Origin: an uncultured Spirochaetales bacterium
GTDB lineage: Bacteria; Myxococcota_A; UBA9160; UBA6930
Assembly (NCBI GenBank): GCA_964501435.1
Contig: CAZCTH010000005.1
Span: 22,507 to 86,506, forward strand
Reading direction: 5' to 3'
DNA: 64,000 nucleotides
Below, piece after piece: positions 16,801 through 24,678 of the stretch. The notes under the pieces are model-generated. The model was not told the origin of the DNA. It saw only the letters and a list, made by a program, of their open reading frames with translations, and ran no database searches. Both the position numbers and the translations under genes were made by a program. The number at the start of each line of letters is the position of its first letter. The first letter of the stretch is position 1.

Positions 16801-17797
16801 CGCGGATCTCCTCGCGCGTCTGCGCATCATGAGAAGCAGTCGGGGCCGGCTGGACCACCACGAGCGTGCCAACCATTCCGGCCTCGGTGTGCCCCGGGAT
16901 CGTGCAAAGCACCTCATACGAGCCGGGCGTATCGAGCTGGTAGGTGCCCGCGTCGGTGCCCTTCGGTCCGGCGTGCAGGTGGATGAGGTCGCCTCCGCCC
17001 GGCGCGCGCACGAGCAGCGAGTGCTCGACCAGGGCCTCGCGATTGTCGAGCTCGATGCGCGTCGCGATCCCTGCGCGCAGCTCGAGCCTACGCGGGACGA
17101 ACGCGAATTCCGTCGACTTCACGACGAGCGTCTCCGCGGCCGGCACGTCCACCGCCGCGAGCGGCTTCACGCGGTGTTCGTGGCCCGGCAGACGGCTCAT
17201 CGCGCCGTGGTCGTGTGCGCTCCCACTGTGCTGCTCGTGTGCCGCCCCGCCCTCGAGCGCTCCTGACGGGTATTGGGAGCGCAGGAGCTCGAGCACCGCG
17301 TTCAGCTGCTCGAGCGCAGCGCTCGTGCGCGCGGTGTCGCCTGCATCGGCCGCCTCGTGCAGCTTGCCCGAGACCGCAGGAATCTGCTTGACGGCTGACT
17401 CGGCTCGCGCGCGCTGCTCGGCGGTCAAGTCCGGGCTCTTCTCGAGCATCGCTCGCCCAAGCGGCTCGAGAGCCTCCGACTTCTCGTGGATGCTCGCGAG
17501 CTGGCCGTTCGTGACATCCGCGGCAATCGAGTCGCGCGTGCTTTGCAGCCTTGCCCAGGTCGACGCAAGGTCGGCGGCATCCGCGGGGCCCGCCGAGCCA
17601 TGCGCTTGCTCACCGGCCATCTCGTCGTGCATCGAACCGTCGCCGTGCCCATCGCCATTGTGCTCGCCGCGGCCGCCCTGCACATCGGCGGCGGGCGCCG
17701 CAGGCGGCGCTGCCGACGGCTCCGTTTCGCTCGACCCACAGGCGAGCGCAAACGCCAAAGGCAGTGCAGTCCAGAACAAGGTTTCTCTCGAGATCAT
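16790..17797 (-). CDS. lipoprotein with a His-rich helical N-domain and a C-terminal cupredoxin (type-1 copper) domain
   Basis: Lipobox LAFALACGS and an AGGAGA RBS. The C-terminal cupredoxin ligands are ...VEHSLLV... and VLCTIPGHTEAGMVG (Cys-x2-Gly-His-x4-Met). Confidence 0.75.
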   Translation of the reverse strand: MISRETLFWTALPLAFALACGSSETEPSAAPPAAPAADVQGGRGEHNGDGHGDGSMHDEMAGEQAHGSAGPADAADLASTWARLQSTRDSIAADVTNGQLASIHEKSEALEPLGRAMLEKSPDLTAEQRARAESAVKQIPAVSGKLHEAADAGDTARTSAALEQLNAVLELLRSQYPSGALEGGAAHEQHSGSAHDHGAMSRLPGHEHRVKPLAAVDVPAAETLVVKSTEFAFVPRRLELRAGIATRIELDNREALVEHSLLVRAPGGGDLIHLHAGPKGTDAGTYQLDTPGSYEVLCTIPGHTEAGMVGTLVVVQPAPTASHDAQTREEIRDEA

Positions 17798-17813
17798 CGA
17801 AGTTCTCCTGGTG

Positions 17814-20800
17814 TTAGGGAAGGGAAGGCGCCCGTACAGCATTCGCTGAATGGGCCGCTGTCGCGTGCGACGCGCGCGCCTCGGCGACCCAGCGCTCGGC
17901 GGCCTTGCGCCCGAAGCGCAGGAACACGGTCGGGGTCACCGCCATGTCGAGGATCGTCGAGCTGACGAGGCCGCCGAGAATCACGACGGCGACCGGGTAG
18001 AGAATCTCCTTGCCTGGCTCGCCGGCCGCGAGAACGAGCGGGATCAGTGCGAGACCGGCCGTGAGCGCGGTCATCGTTACCGGCACGAGGCGCTCGAGCG
18101 AGCCGCGCACAACCATCTGCTCGCCGAACGCCTCGCCCTCGTACTCCATCAGGTGGAGGTAGTGCGAGATCATCATGATCGTGTTGCGCGACGCGATCCC
18201 GGCGAGCGTAATCAGTCCGACGAGCGTTGCGATCGAGACCTTCCCGACGAGCAGCCACGTGAGCGCAATGCCGCCGACGAAGGCGAGCGGAATGTTGAGG
18301 AGAATCTGCGCGACGATCGCGCCGCTCCGGAAGTGCGTGTAAAGGATCAGCCAGATGACGCCGAGGGTGAACGCCGACAGGATCGCGATGAGGCGCGAGG
18401 CCGCCTGTTGGCTCTGGAACTGGCCCTCGAACCGAATCGAGTAGCCCTGCGGCAAAGGCACGCTGGCGGCGGTGCGTTGCATCTCTGCGACCGCCGAACC
18501 GAGGTCGCGGCCCGAGACGTTGGCGGAGACGACGATGCGCCGGCGCACATCCTCGCGCTGGATCACGTTCGGCCCGAGCCCTTCGCGAACGTCCGCGAGT
18601 GCCGCGAGCGGAACCCGCACGCCTTCGCCCGCATCCACCAGCGCTTCGCGGATCGCATCCGCGTCGCGGCGCGCGTCGCTGCCGTAGCGAACGAACAGCG
18701 CGAAGCTCCGATCCCCATCGAGGATCTGGCCCACGACGCGCCCGTTGAGTGCCGTCTCGAGACGCTCGGCGACTTCTCCCACGCGACTGCCGAGCGCCAT
18801 CGCACGGTCGCGACGCAGCGCGATATTGAGCTGAGGAATCAGCACCTGCTTCTCGACCTGGAGATCGACGACTCCCGGGATCGCGCCAAACGCGCGCTCG
18901 AGCTCGGCCGCCTTCGTGCGCAGCACGGTGAGGTCGGGCCCGAAGATCTTGACGGCGACCTGCGCGCGTACGCCAGAAAGCAAGTGATCGAGGCGATGTG
19001 AAATGGGCTGACCGATGTTGACCGCGATTCCGGGAATCTCGGCGAGCTGCTCTCGAAGGTCGGCGAGGATCTCCTCGCGCGAGCGTTCGGATTCTCTCAA
19101 GTCGACATCGATCTCCGTGTAGTGGACACCCTCGGCGTGTTCGTCGAGCTCGGCGCGGCCCGTGCGCCGTCCGGTCGAGATGACCTCGGGCACGCTCAAG
19201 ATCAGCTTCTCGGCGATCGCGCCGATGCGATTCGACTCGGACAGGGACGTACCGGGCGCGGCGAGCACGTTGATGGTCGCCGTGCCCTCATTGAACTCGG
19301 GCAAGAACTCGCTTCCCATGCCGGGGAAGAGCGAGAACGAGCCGGCCACGAGCGCACCCGTGATCGCAAGCACGAGGACCGGGCTCCGAAGCGCAGGCCC
19401 CAGCAAGTAGCGGCGGTCGAGCGACTTGAGGCCTCGGACCACGAAGCCTTCGTGCTCGTCCTCCATCCGCTTCATGCGCGGCAGCAAGTAAGAGCAAAGC
19501 GCGGGAATCACGGTGAGCGAAACCACGAAGGAAGCGGCCATGGCGACGATCGTCGCAACACCGATCGGAGCGAAGAGCCGCCCCTCGATGCCGCCCAGGC
19601 CGAAGAGCGGAACGAACACGAGTATGACGAGCAGCGTCGCGTAGAGGATCGAGTTGCGGACCTCTGACGACGCGGAGGCGATGACCCTCACCGCCGGCTG
19701 CGGATTGGGAGAGTGCCGGTTCTCGCGCAAGCGGCGAAACACGTTCTCGACATCGACGATCGCGTCGTCGACGACCATGCCGATCGCGACGGCGAGGCCA
19801 CCCAGGGTCATCGTATTGATCGAGATGTCGGCGAACCGAAACACCAGCGCGGTGACGACGAACGATAGGGGGATCGCCGTGAGCGTGATGAACGTGGTGC
19901 GGAAGTTCAGCAGGAACAGGAAGAGGACGATCACGACCATGATGGCGCCATCGCGAATGGCCTCTTCGACGTTGGCAATCGCCGCCTCGATGAAGCGCGC
20001 CTGCTGGAAGAGCGTCGAGATCTCGACGTCAGCGGGAAGCCCCGTGCGCAGCTCCGCGAGGGCTGCCTCGACGTCACGCGTCAATGCGATCGTGTCGACA
20101 CCCGGCTGCTTCTGAACGGAGATGATCACGGCGGGCTTCCCCGAGACTCCGGCGTCGCCGCGCATGACTTGGCGACCCCATGCGACATCGGCGACGTCGC
20201 GCAGGAGAATTGGGGCGCCATCCCGCTGCGCCACCACCGTATCGGCGATCTCCGGAGCCGAGGCTGTGCGCGCGATGTTTCGGACCAGGGCCTCCTGGTG
20301 GGCCGCCTCTAAGAAGCCCCCCGGTGTGTTCGACTGCGCGGCGGCGGCCGCGGCCTCGACATCGTCGAGCGAGACGTTGAATGCCGCCATTCGCTCCGGA
20401 GAGGCGAGAACCTGGAGCTGGCGAACGCCGCCGCCAATCGGAATGACCTGCGCGACACCTGGTAGCGTGAGTAGCCGCTGTCGGATCTCCCAGTCGGCGA
20501 TGGACCGGAGCTCCATCGGCGGTGTTGCGCCGTCCGTGCTCGAAAGCCCGATCAGCAGAATCTCGCCCATGATCGACGAGACCGGCCCGAGGACGGGCGA
20601 GGCCTCCGCGGGAAGCAGCTGGGCCGCGAGCTGAACTCGCTCCTGCACGAGCTGGCGAGCTCGGTAGATGTCGGTGCCCCAGTCGAAGTCGACATAGACG
20701 ATCGAGAGCCCAATACCCGAGCTCGACCGCACGCGGCGAACGCCGGGGGCGCCGTTCACGGACGTCTCGAGCGGCCGCGTGACGAGGGTCTCAACCTCTT

Positions 20801-20975
20801 CGGGGGCGAGGCCCGGTGCCTCAGTCAGAATCGTGACGAGCGGTCGGTTGAGGTCCGGGAAAACATCCACCGGAAGCTGCTGCACGACGACGGCCCCGTA
20901 GACGAGGAGGAGCACAGACGCAGCGAGAACGAAGAGACGATTGCGGAGAGAGAATTCGATCAGCCGATTGAGCAT
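17814..20975 (-). CDS. heavy-metal efflux RND permease (CusA/CzcA family)
   Basis: 1053 aa. N-terminus MLNRLIEFSLRNRLFVLAA...LPVDVFPDLNRPLVTILTEAPGLAPEEVE, with the 12-TM RND architecture. Confidence 0.93.
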   Translation of the reverse strand: MLNRLIEFSLRNRLFVLAASVLLLVYGAVVVQQLPVDVFPDLNRPLVTILTEAPGLAPEEVETLVTRPLETSVNGAPGVRRVRSSSGIGLSIVYVDFDWGTDIYRARQLVQERVQLAAQLLPAEASPVLGPVSSIMGEILLIGLSSTDGATPPMELRSIADWEIRQRLLTLPGVAQVIPIGGGVRQLQVLASPERMAAFNVSLDDVEAAAAAAQSNTPGGFLEAAHQEALVRNIARTASAPEIADTVVAQRDGAPILLRDVADVAWGRQVMRGDAGVSGKPAVIISVQKQPGVDTIALTRDVEAALAELRTGLPADVEISTLFQQARFIEAAIANVEEAIRDGAIMVVIVLFLFLLNFRTTFITLTAIPLSFVVTALVFRFADISINTMTLGGLAVAIGMVVDDAIVDVENVFRRLRENRHSPNPQPAVRVIASASSEVRNSILYATLLVILVFVPLFGLGGIEGRLFAPIGVATIVAMAASFVVSLTVIPALCSYLLPRMKRMEDEHEGFVVRGLKSLDRRYLLGPALRSPVLVLAITGALVAGSFSLFPGMGSEFLPEFNEGTATINVLAAPGTSLSESNRIGAIAEKLILSVPEVISTGRRTGRAELDEHAEGVHYTEIDVDLRESERSREEILADLREQLAEIPGIAVNIGQPISHRLDHLLSGVRAQVAVKIFGPDLTVLRTKAAELERAFGAIPGVVDLQVEKQVLIPQLNIALRRDRAMALGSRVGEVAERLETALNGRVVGQILDGDRSFALFVRYGSDARRDADAIREALVDAGEGVRVPLAALADVREGLGPNVIQREDVRRRIVVSANVSGRDLGSAVAEMQRTAASVPLPQGYSIRFEGQFQSQQAASRLIAILSAFTLGVIWLILYTHFRSGAIVAQILLNIPLAFVGGIALTWLLVGKVSIATLVGLITLAGIASRNTIMMISHYLHLMEYEGEAFGEQMVVRGSLERLVPVTMTALTAGLALIPLVLAAGEPGKEILYPVAVVILGGLVSSTILDMAVTPTVFLRFGRKAAERWVAEARASHATAAHSANAVRAPSLP

Positions 20976-20978
20976 GGT

Positions 20979-22079
20979 TCACGCCACCACGCGGCGGCGC
21001 CGATTTCGCCAGATCACGATGCTCACGCCGGCGATCGCGGCGATCACCCCGGCGACGATCCAGACGAGTCGCGGCGCGCCCGCATCTCGGTCCGTCCCAA
21101 CTGACGCCGCGGCGTCAGCGGCATGCTCCGTCGCTTCTTCTTCTGGCGCTGGCGGCAGAAACTGCAGCTGGTAGCCGCCAGCGGTAACGACGCGTTCCCC
21201 AGGTACGAGACCGTCGAGGACCTCGGCGAAGCGATCGTCGCTCGCTCCCCGCGCGATCGGCCGCCGCTCGAAGCGCGTCGCATCGCGGTCGCTCTCGACG
21301 AACACGAAGAGCGAGCCGAACTCGCCGAGGATCGCGCTTCGCGGCACGGTGAGGGCTGACGAGGAGCGCTCTGTCACGAGCGCAATCGAAGCCTGCATGT
21401 GCGGCCTGAATGCGCCGTCGGCGTTCCTCAAGCGCACGAACACGGGGATCGAGCGAGAGTTGACGTCGAGCTGCCCACCGACCCGCTCGACCACGCCCTC
21501 GAACGTGCGATCCGGAAAGGCAGGAACTACGACGCGGGCCACCTGCCCCTCGCGGACTCGCGCGACCTGGCCCTCGAAGACGCGTCCGATCGCGAGCACT
21601 TCTTCGAGGTCTGCGATCTCGAGCAGATGCGCGTTCGGCTCAACTGCGTCCCCCGCGACGATGTGCCGATCGATCACCACGCCGCTCAGCGGCGCTGCGT
21701 AGGTCACGCGCGGGGGAGGATCGCCGAGGAGGAGGCTTTCGACGGTGACGACGGGCTGACCGCGCCGCACCGAATCGCCCTCTGCGACGAGCACCGATGC
21801 GACGCGCCCCGCGATCCGGCTTGCGACAGCACCCGATCGCTCAGGCAACGCCACGATCTCGCCGGTGAGGTTGAGTACCGTCTCGAGTGGGCGAAGCTCG
21901 GCTGCTGCGACTTTCAGCTCGAGGTTCCTGCGAGCCTCCGCCGAAACCTCGACCTCGTATCGCTCGGCGCCGGCTGCAGCCTGTGCGCCGGGGGCTTCGC
22001 TGTGCCCTTCGTGCGCTTGAGCGACCGAAGTGGCGAGCAAAGCGACGAGCGAAACAGTGAGCGCAAGCTGGCGGTTCAT
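20979..22079 (-). CDS. efflux RND periplasmic adaptor (CusB/CzcB-like MFP)
   Basis: Starts at MNRQLALTVSLVALLA (signal). It shows a lipoyl/beta-barrel pattern (TGEIVALPERSGAVASRIAGRV...GDSVRRGQPVV). ATGA overlap with the TolC-family stop. The track ORF's 5' extension is rejected. Confidence 0.85.
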   Translation of the reverse strand: MNRQLALTVSLVALLATSVAQAHEGHSEAPGAQAAAGAERYEVEVSAEARRNLELKVAAAELRPLETVLNLTGEIVALPERSGAVASRIAGRVASVLVAEGDSVRRGQPVVTVESLLLGDPPPRVTYAAPLSGVVIDRHIVAGDAVEPNAHLLEIADLEEVLAIGRVFEGQVARVREGQVARVVVPAFPDRTFEGVVERVGGQLDVNSRSIPVFVRLRNADGAFRPHMQASIALVTERSSSALTVPRSAILGEFGSLFVFVESDRDATRFERRPIARGASDDRFAEVLDGLVPGERVVTAGGYQLQFLPPAPEEEATEHAADAAASVGTDRDAGAPRLVWIVAGVIAAIAGVSIVIWRNRRRRVVA

Positions 22080-23395
22080 TGGCGCGATTCCTCTTCTTGC
22101 ATGGACTGCAGCAGCGGGCTCGCAGCTGCGGCGGCTTCGAGGTCGACCTCGGCGCGGCGAAGCGCACCCAGGGTTTCGGCGAGACGCGCGGAGGTCTCGG
22201 CGAGTTGCCGCTGGCCCTGCACGACGTCGCTGATCGGCGTTAGGCCTTGTGCGTAGCCGCGGCGGAGTAGCTCCACATTGCGGCGCGCTCGGCCAAGCGC
22301 GTCGATCTGGAACGTCTCCGCGAGTACTCGGAGACGTGCGGTGCGCTGGGCTGCCGAGGCGACCTCCGCTCGGGCGGCCTGCTCCGCAGCCGCCAGCCGT
22401 GCCTCGGTGGAGCGTTCCCGCGCGAGTGCCGATGCCACTCGGCCTTGGTTTCGGTTCCAGAGCGGCAGAGGGATTCGAAGCGAGAGGGCGAGCAGGTTGT
22501 CTCGATCCTTCAGTACAAGATTCGCGGAATCGATCGCACTGTTCTCGCGCTGGTACGCCGCGCCCACGGACCAATCCTCCCAGACCTCCGCGCGTGCGAG
22601 CCGCGCCTCTGCGCGCGCACGCGCGGCCTCCGACCGCAACCGCCTCAAGTCGGGCCTTGCGACAAGGGCCTTCGCAGTGAGGGACTCAACGGAAGGGTCA
22701 GCGAGGAGACTCGCATCGAGCGAATCCTTGATTTCCAGCGCTGAGTCGGGCGGTCGATTCAGGAGTCGGTTCAATGTGAACAGAGCGGCAGCGCGCTCGA
22801 GACGCAGCAGCTCGCGCTCTTGCTCGAGCGAGGACACTTCGATCGCGAGCAGGTTCACGTCTGCTTCTGAGGTCTCTGCCGCCTGAAAGCGCCGGACCGA
22901 GATGTGCGAGAGCTCCTGCGTCGCCTTCAATACCTCGTCGCGCGCGGCGATCGCGCGCTCGAGCGCGAGTACCGAGACTGCGGTGCTCTGCGCCTCGGCA
23001 ACCAGCTGCAGTGCCAAGAGATCGGAGTCGCGCTTCGCGATTCTGACGTCGCTGCGCGCAACGGCACGCGCGCGCTCGATGCGTCCCGCGATGGGCACGG
23101 GCTGGGAGAAGCCTAGGCGTCCACTGCGATCGCCCTGGGATCCGAGAATGCTGCCCTCCACCCACTCAGCGTCGGCCTCCGGGTTGGGCCAAAGGCCTGC
23201 CTGCGTCAGATCACCGCGGGCCGCGTCGATCTCGGCGCCGGCTGCGCGCAGGGCGGGATTTGCCCGCAGAACCTCGGCGGCGATCTCGCGCACGCCGAGC
23301 GAAGAAGAGGCTACGGGTTCCTCTGCGCAGGCAGGGCTCAGCGAGAGAACTGTCGAGAGAGCGGACGCGAGAGCGGCCACGGAAACGCGGTGCAT
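22076..23395 (-). CDS. TolC-family outer-membrane efflux protein (CusC/CzcC-like)
   Basis: 439 aa with a signal peptide and the two-repeat helical pattern typical of OMF proteins. Confidence 0.85.
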   Translation of the reverse strand: MHRVSVAALASALSTVLSLSPACAEEPVASSSLGVREIAAEVLRANPALRAAGAEIDAARGDLTQAGLWPNPEADAEWVEGSILGSQGDRSGRLGFSQPVPIAGRIERARAVARSDVRIAKRDSDLLALQLVAEAQSTAVSVLALERAIAARDEVLKATQELSHISVRRFQAAETSEADVNLLAIEVSSLEQERELLRLERAAALFTLNRLLNRPPDSALEIKDSLDASLLADPSVESLTAKALVARPDLRRLRSEAARARAEARLARAEVWEDWSVGAAYQRENSAIDSANLVLKDRDNLLALSLRIPLPLWNRNQGRVASALARERSTEARLAAAEQAARAEVASAAQRTARLRVLAETFQIDALGRARRNVELLRRGYAQGLTPISDVVQGQRQLAETSARLAETLGALRRAEVDLEAAAAASPLLQSMQEEESRQ

Positions 23396-23479
23396 GACAC
23401 CTCCAAGCGATCCACGCTCAATCGAGAGCGCAGGATGAGCTTTGGCAACGGCGCCAAAGCAGATCGCGAGGCGTCTAGC

Positions 23480-23869
23480 TCAGAGTCGAAGAACGTCCCT
23501 TCGCAGTGGGATCACCGGCGGTGCGCGGTCGTGGCGCACTTCGATCGCTCGCTCGACAGCCGCACTGCGGGCGGCAGCGTCCCAGGGGATCAGCAGCACG
23601 AGATCCGAGTTCCCGATGCTCAGATCAACCGACGGCCCACTCTTCGGGACGCCCTGCATCAGCTGCTGGCAGTGATCGACGCAGCTCTCCTCCTGGCCGG
23701 AACCGCCACCAGGAGAATCGTGCGAGTCGCCGTGCCCATGACCAGCAGCGGGTGCTTGCTCGTGATGAGCTGAAGATCGCGCATGCTCATCCGCGAGCGC
23801 GCACATCGGCAGATGCGCCGACCAGATCGCGATCATGAGTGCTGCGAGCGTTTTCAAGTTGAACGGCAT
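23480..23869 (-). CDS. small His-rich exported protein, first gene of the RND operon
   Basis: 129 aa with a signal/TM (LKTLAALMIAIWSAHLPMCALA), a His run (HHEQAPAAGHGHGDSHD) and a CVDHC motif. The RBS is weak. Confidence 0.5.
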   Translation of the reverse strand: MPFNLKTLAALMIAIWSAHLPMCALADEHARSSAHHEQAPAAGHGHGDSHDSPGGGSGQEESCVDHCQQLMQGVPKSGPSVDLSIGNSDLVLLIPWDAAARSAAVERAIEVRHDRAPPVIPLRRDVLRL

Positions 23870-23897
23870 CCTATCCGTCGAGCCTTAGAACACCAAA

Positions 23898-23916
23898 TGG
23901 CCATCCGCAAGGCGGT
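23898..23916. promoter_or_regulatory. perfect 7-bp inverted repeat CAAGGCG-N5-CGCCTTG in the leader of the RND operon
   Basis: The sequence reads caaggcggtggacgccttg, about 30-50 nt upstream of ATG 23869 of the His-rich first gene. It could be an operator or an RNA hairpin. Confidence 0.2.
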
Positions 23917-24090
23917 GGACGCCTTGGGATGTCCATCGACCTAGCGGACTCCCACCTTGATCCGCGTTCTTGGGAGGGGCAGCCGCGCGAATTGCTTAGG
24001 ATTGTCTCAAGGGTCGCGCGCGCCGTCCGTGCCCTGGAGAGAAGGCGGCCGACTCCGAACTGGGGCCGGATCACACCCTCCAACGGCGGC

Positions 24091-24453
24091 TCAGCGCTTC
24101 GCCTCGGCTTCGTGATCCGCTGCGAGCTTCTCGTATTCTTGGGCTACGCCCTCGAACTGCTTCGCCAGAGCGTCGCAGTGCGCCTTCATCTTCTGCCGCT
24201 CGAAGAGCTTCCCACCAGCGTAGTTCTTTCCCATCGAGCGGTGGCTTGCGGCAGTCGCCCGCGCCTCGGCGGCCTTCCCGCGATAATGCTCGGCGAGGGC
24301 CTTGTGCTCGGCGGGAGTGCTCGCGAACTCGACCAGCAGGGCCTCGATCGACGAATCCCTGCTGCCGTGGCCCGCGTGCGCTCCCTCTTGGGCGATGGCC
24401 GCACCACCCAGCACACAGAGTCCGAAGATTGCTGCGATTCCAAGCGTTCTCAC
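24091..24453 (-). CDS. secreted helical protein, paralogue C (C-terminal module only)
   Basis: GTG 24453 is preceded by AAGGAG at a 7-nt spacing. It has a signal peptide (VRTLGIAAIFGLCVLGGAAIA). Module: STPAEHKALAEHYRGKAAEARATAASHRSMGKNY..HCDALAKQFEGVAQEYEKLAADHEAEA. Confidence 0.6.
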   Translation of the reverse strand: MRTLGIAAIFGLCVLGGAAIAQEGAHAGHGSRDSSIEALLVEFASTPAEHKALAEHYRGKAAEARATAASHRSMGKNYAGGKLFERQKMKAHCDALAKQFEGVAQEYEKLAADHEAEAKR

Positions 24454-24548
24454 GAGTCTTCTCCTTGCGGTTGTTTTGGGAATGGCGGGGCGCAACGCGG
24501 CGCGGCCGAGGATGGGTCAAAGCAATCGGCGTGCCTGAGTCCTTCTGA

Positions 24549-24565
24549 GCGGATCTGTGCGGATC
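24549..24565. promoter_or_regulatory. tandem direct repeat GCGGATC-tgt-GCGGATC (10-bp period), candidate regulator-binding site
   Basis: Perfect 7-mer repeated with helical phasing, about 100 nt upstream of GTG 24453, in the 225-nt gap between glgP and paralogue C. Confidence 0.2.
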
Positions 24566-24678
24566 CTCGTCGGTTTTCGGGTGTGTCGAGATCGAGTGTT
24601 GCTCGCGGGGGAGGCAAAATCTGAGAAGCGTGCCCAGTTCGGAGGCATGCAGGGAGGGCGTCGGGGCACCGGGGAGGC

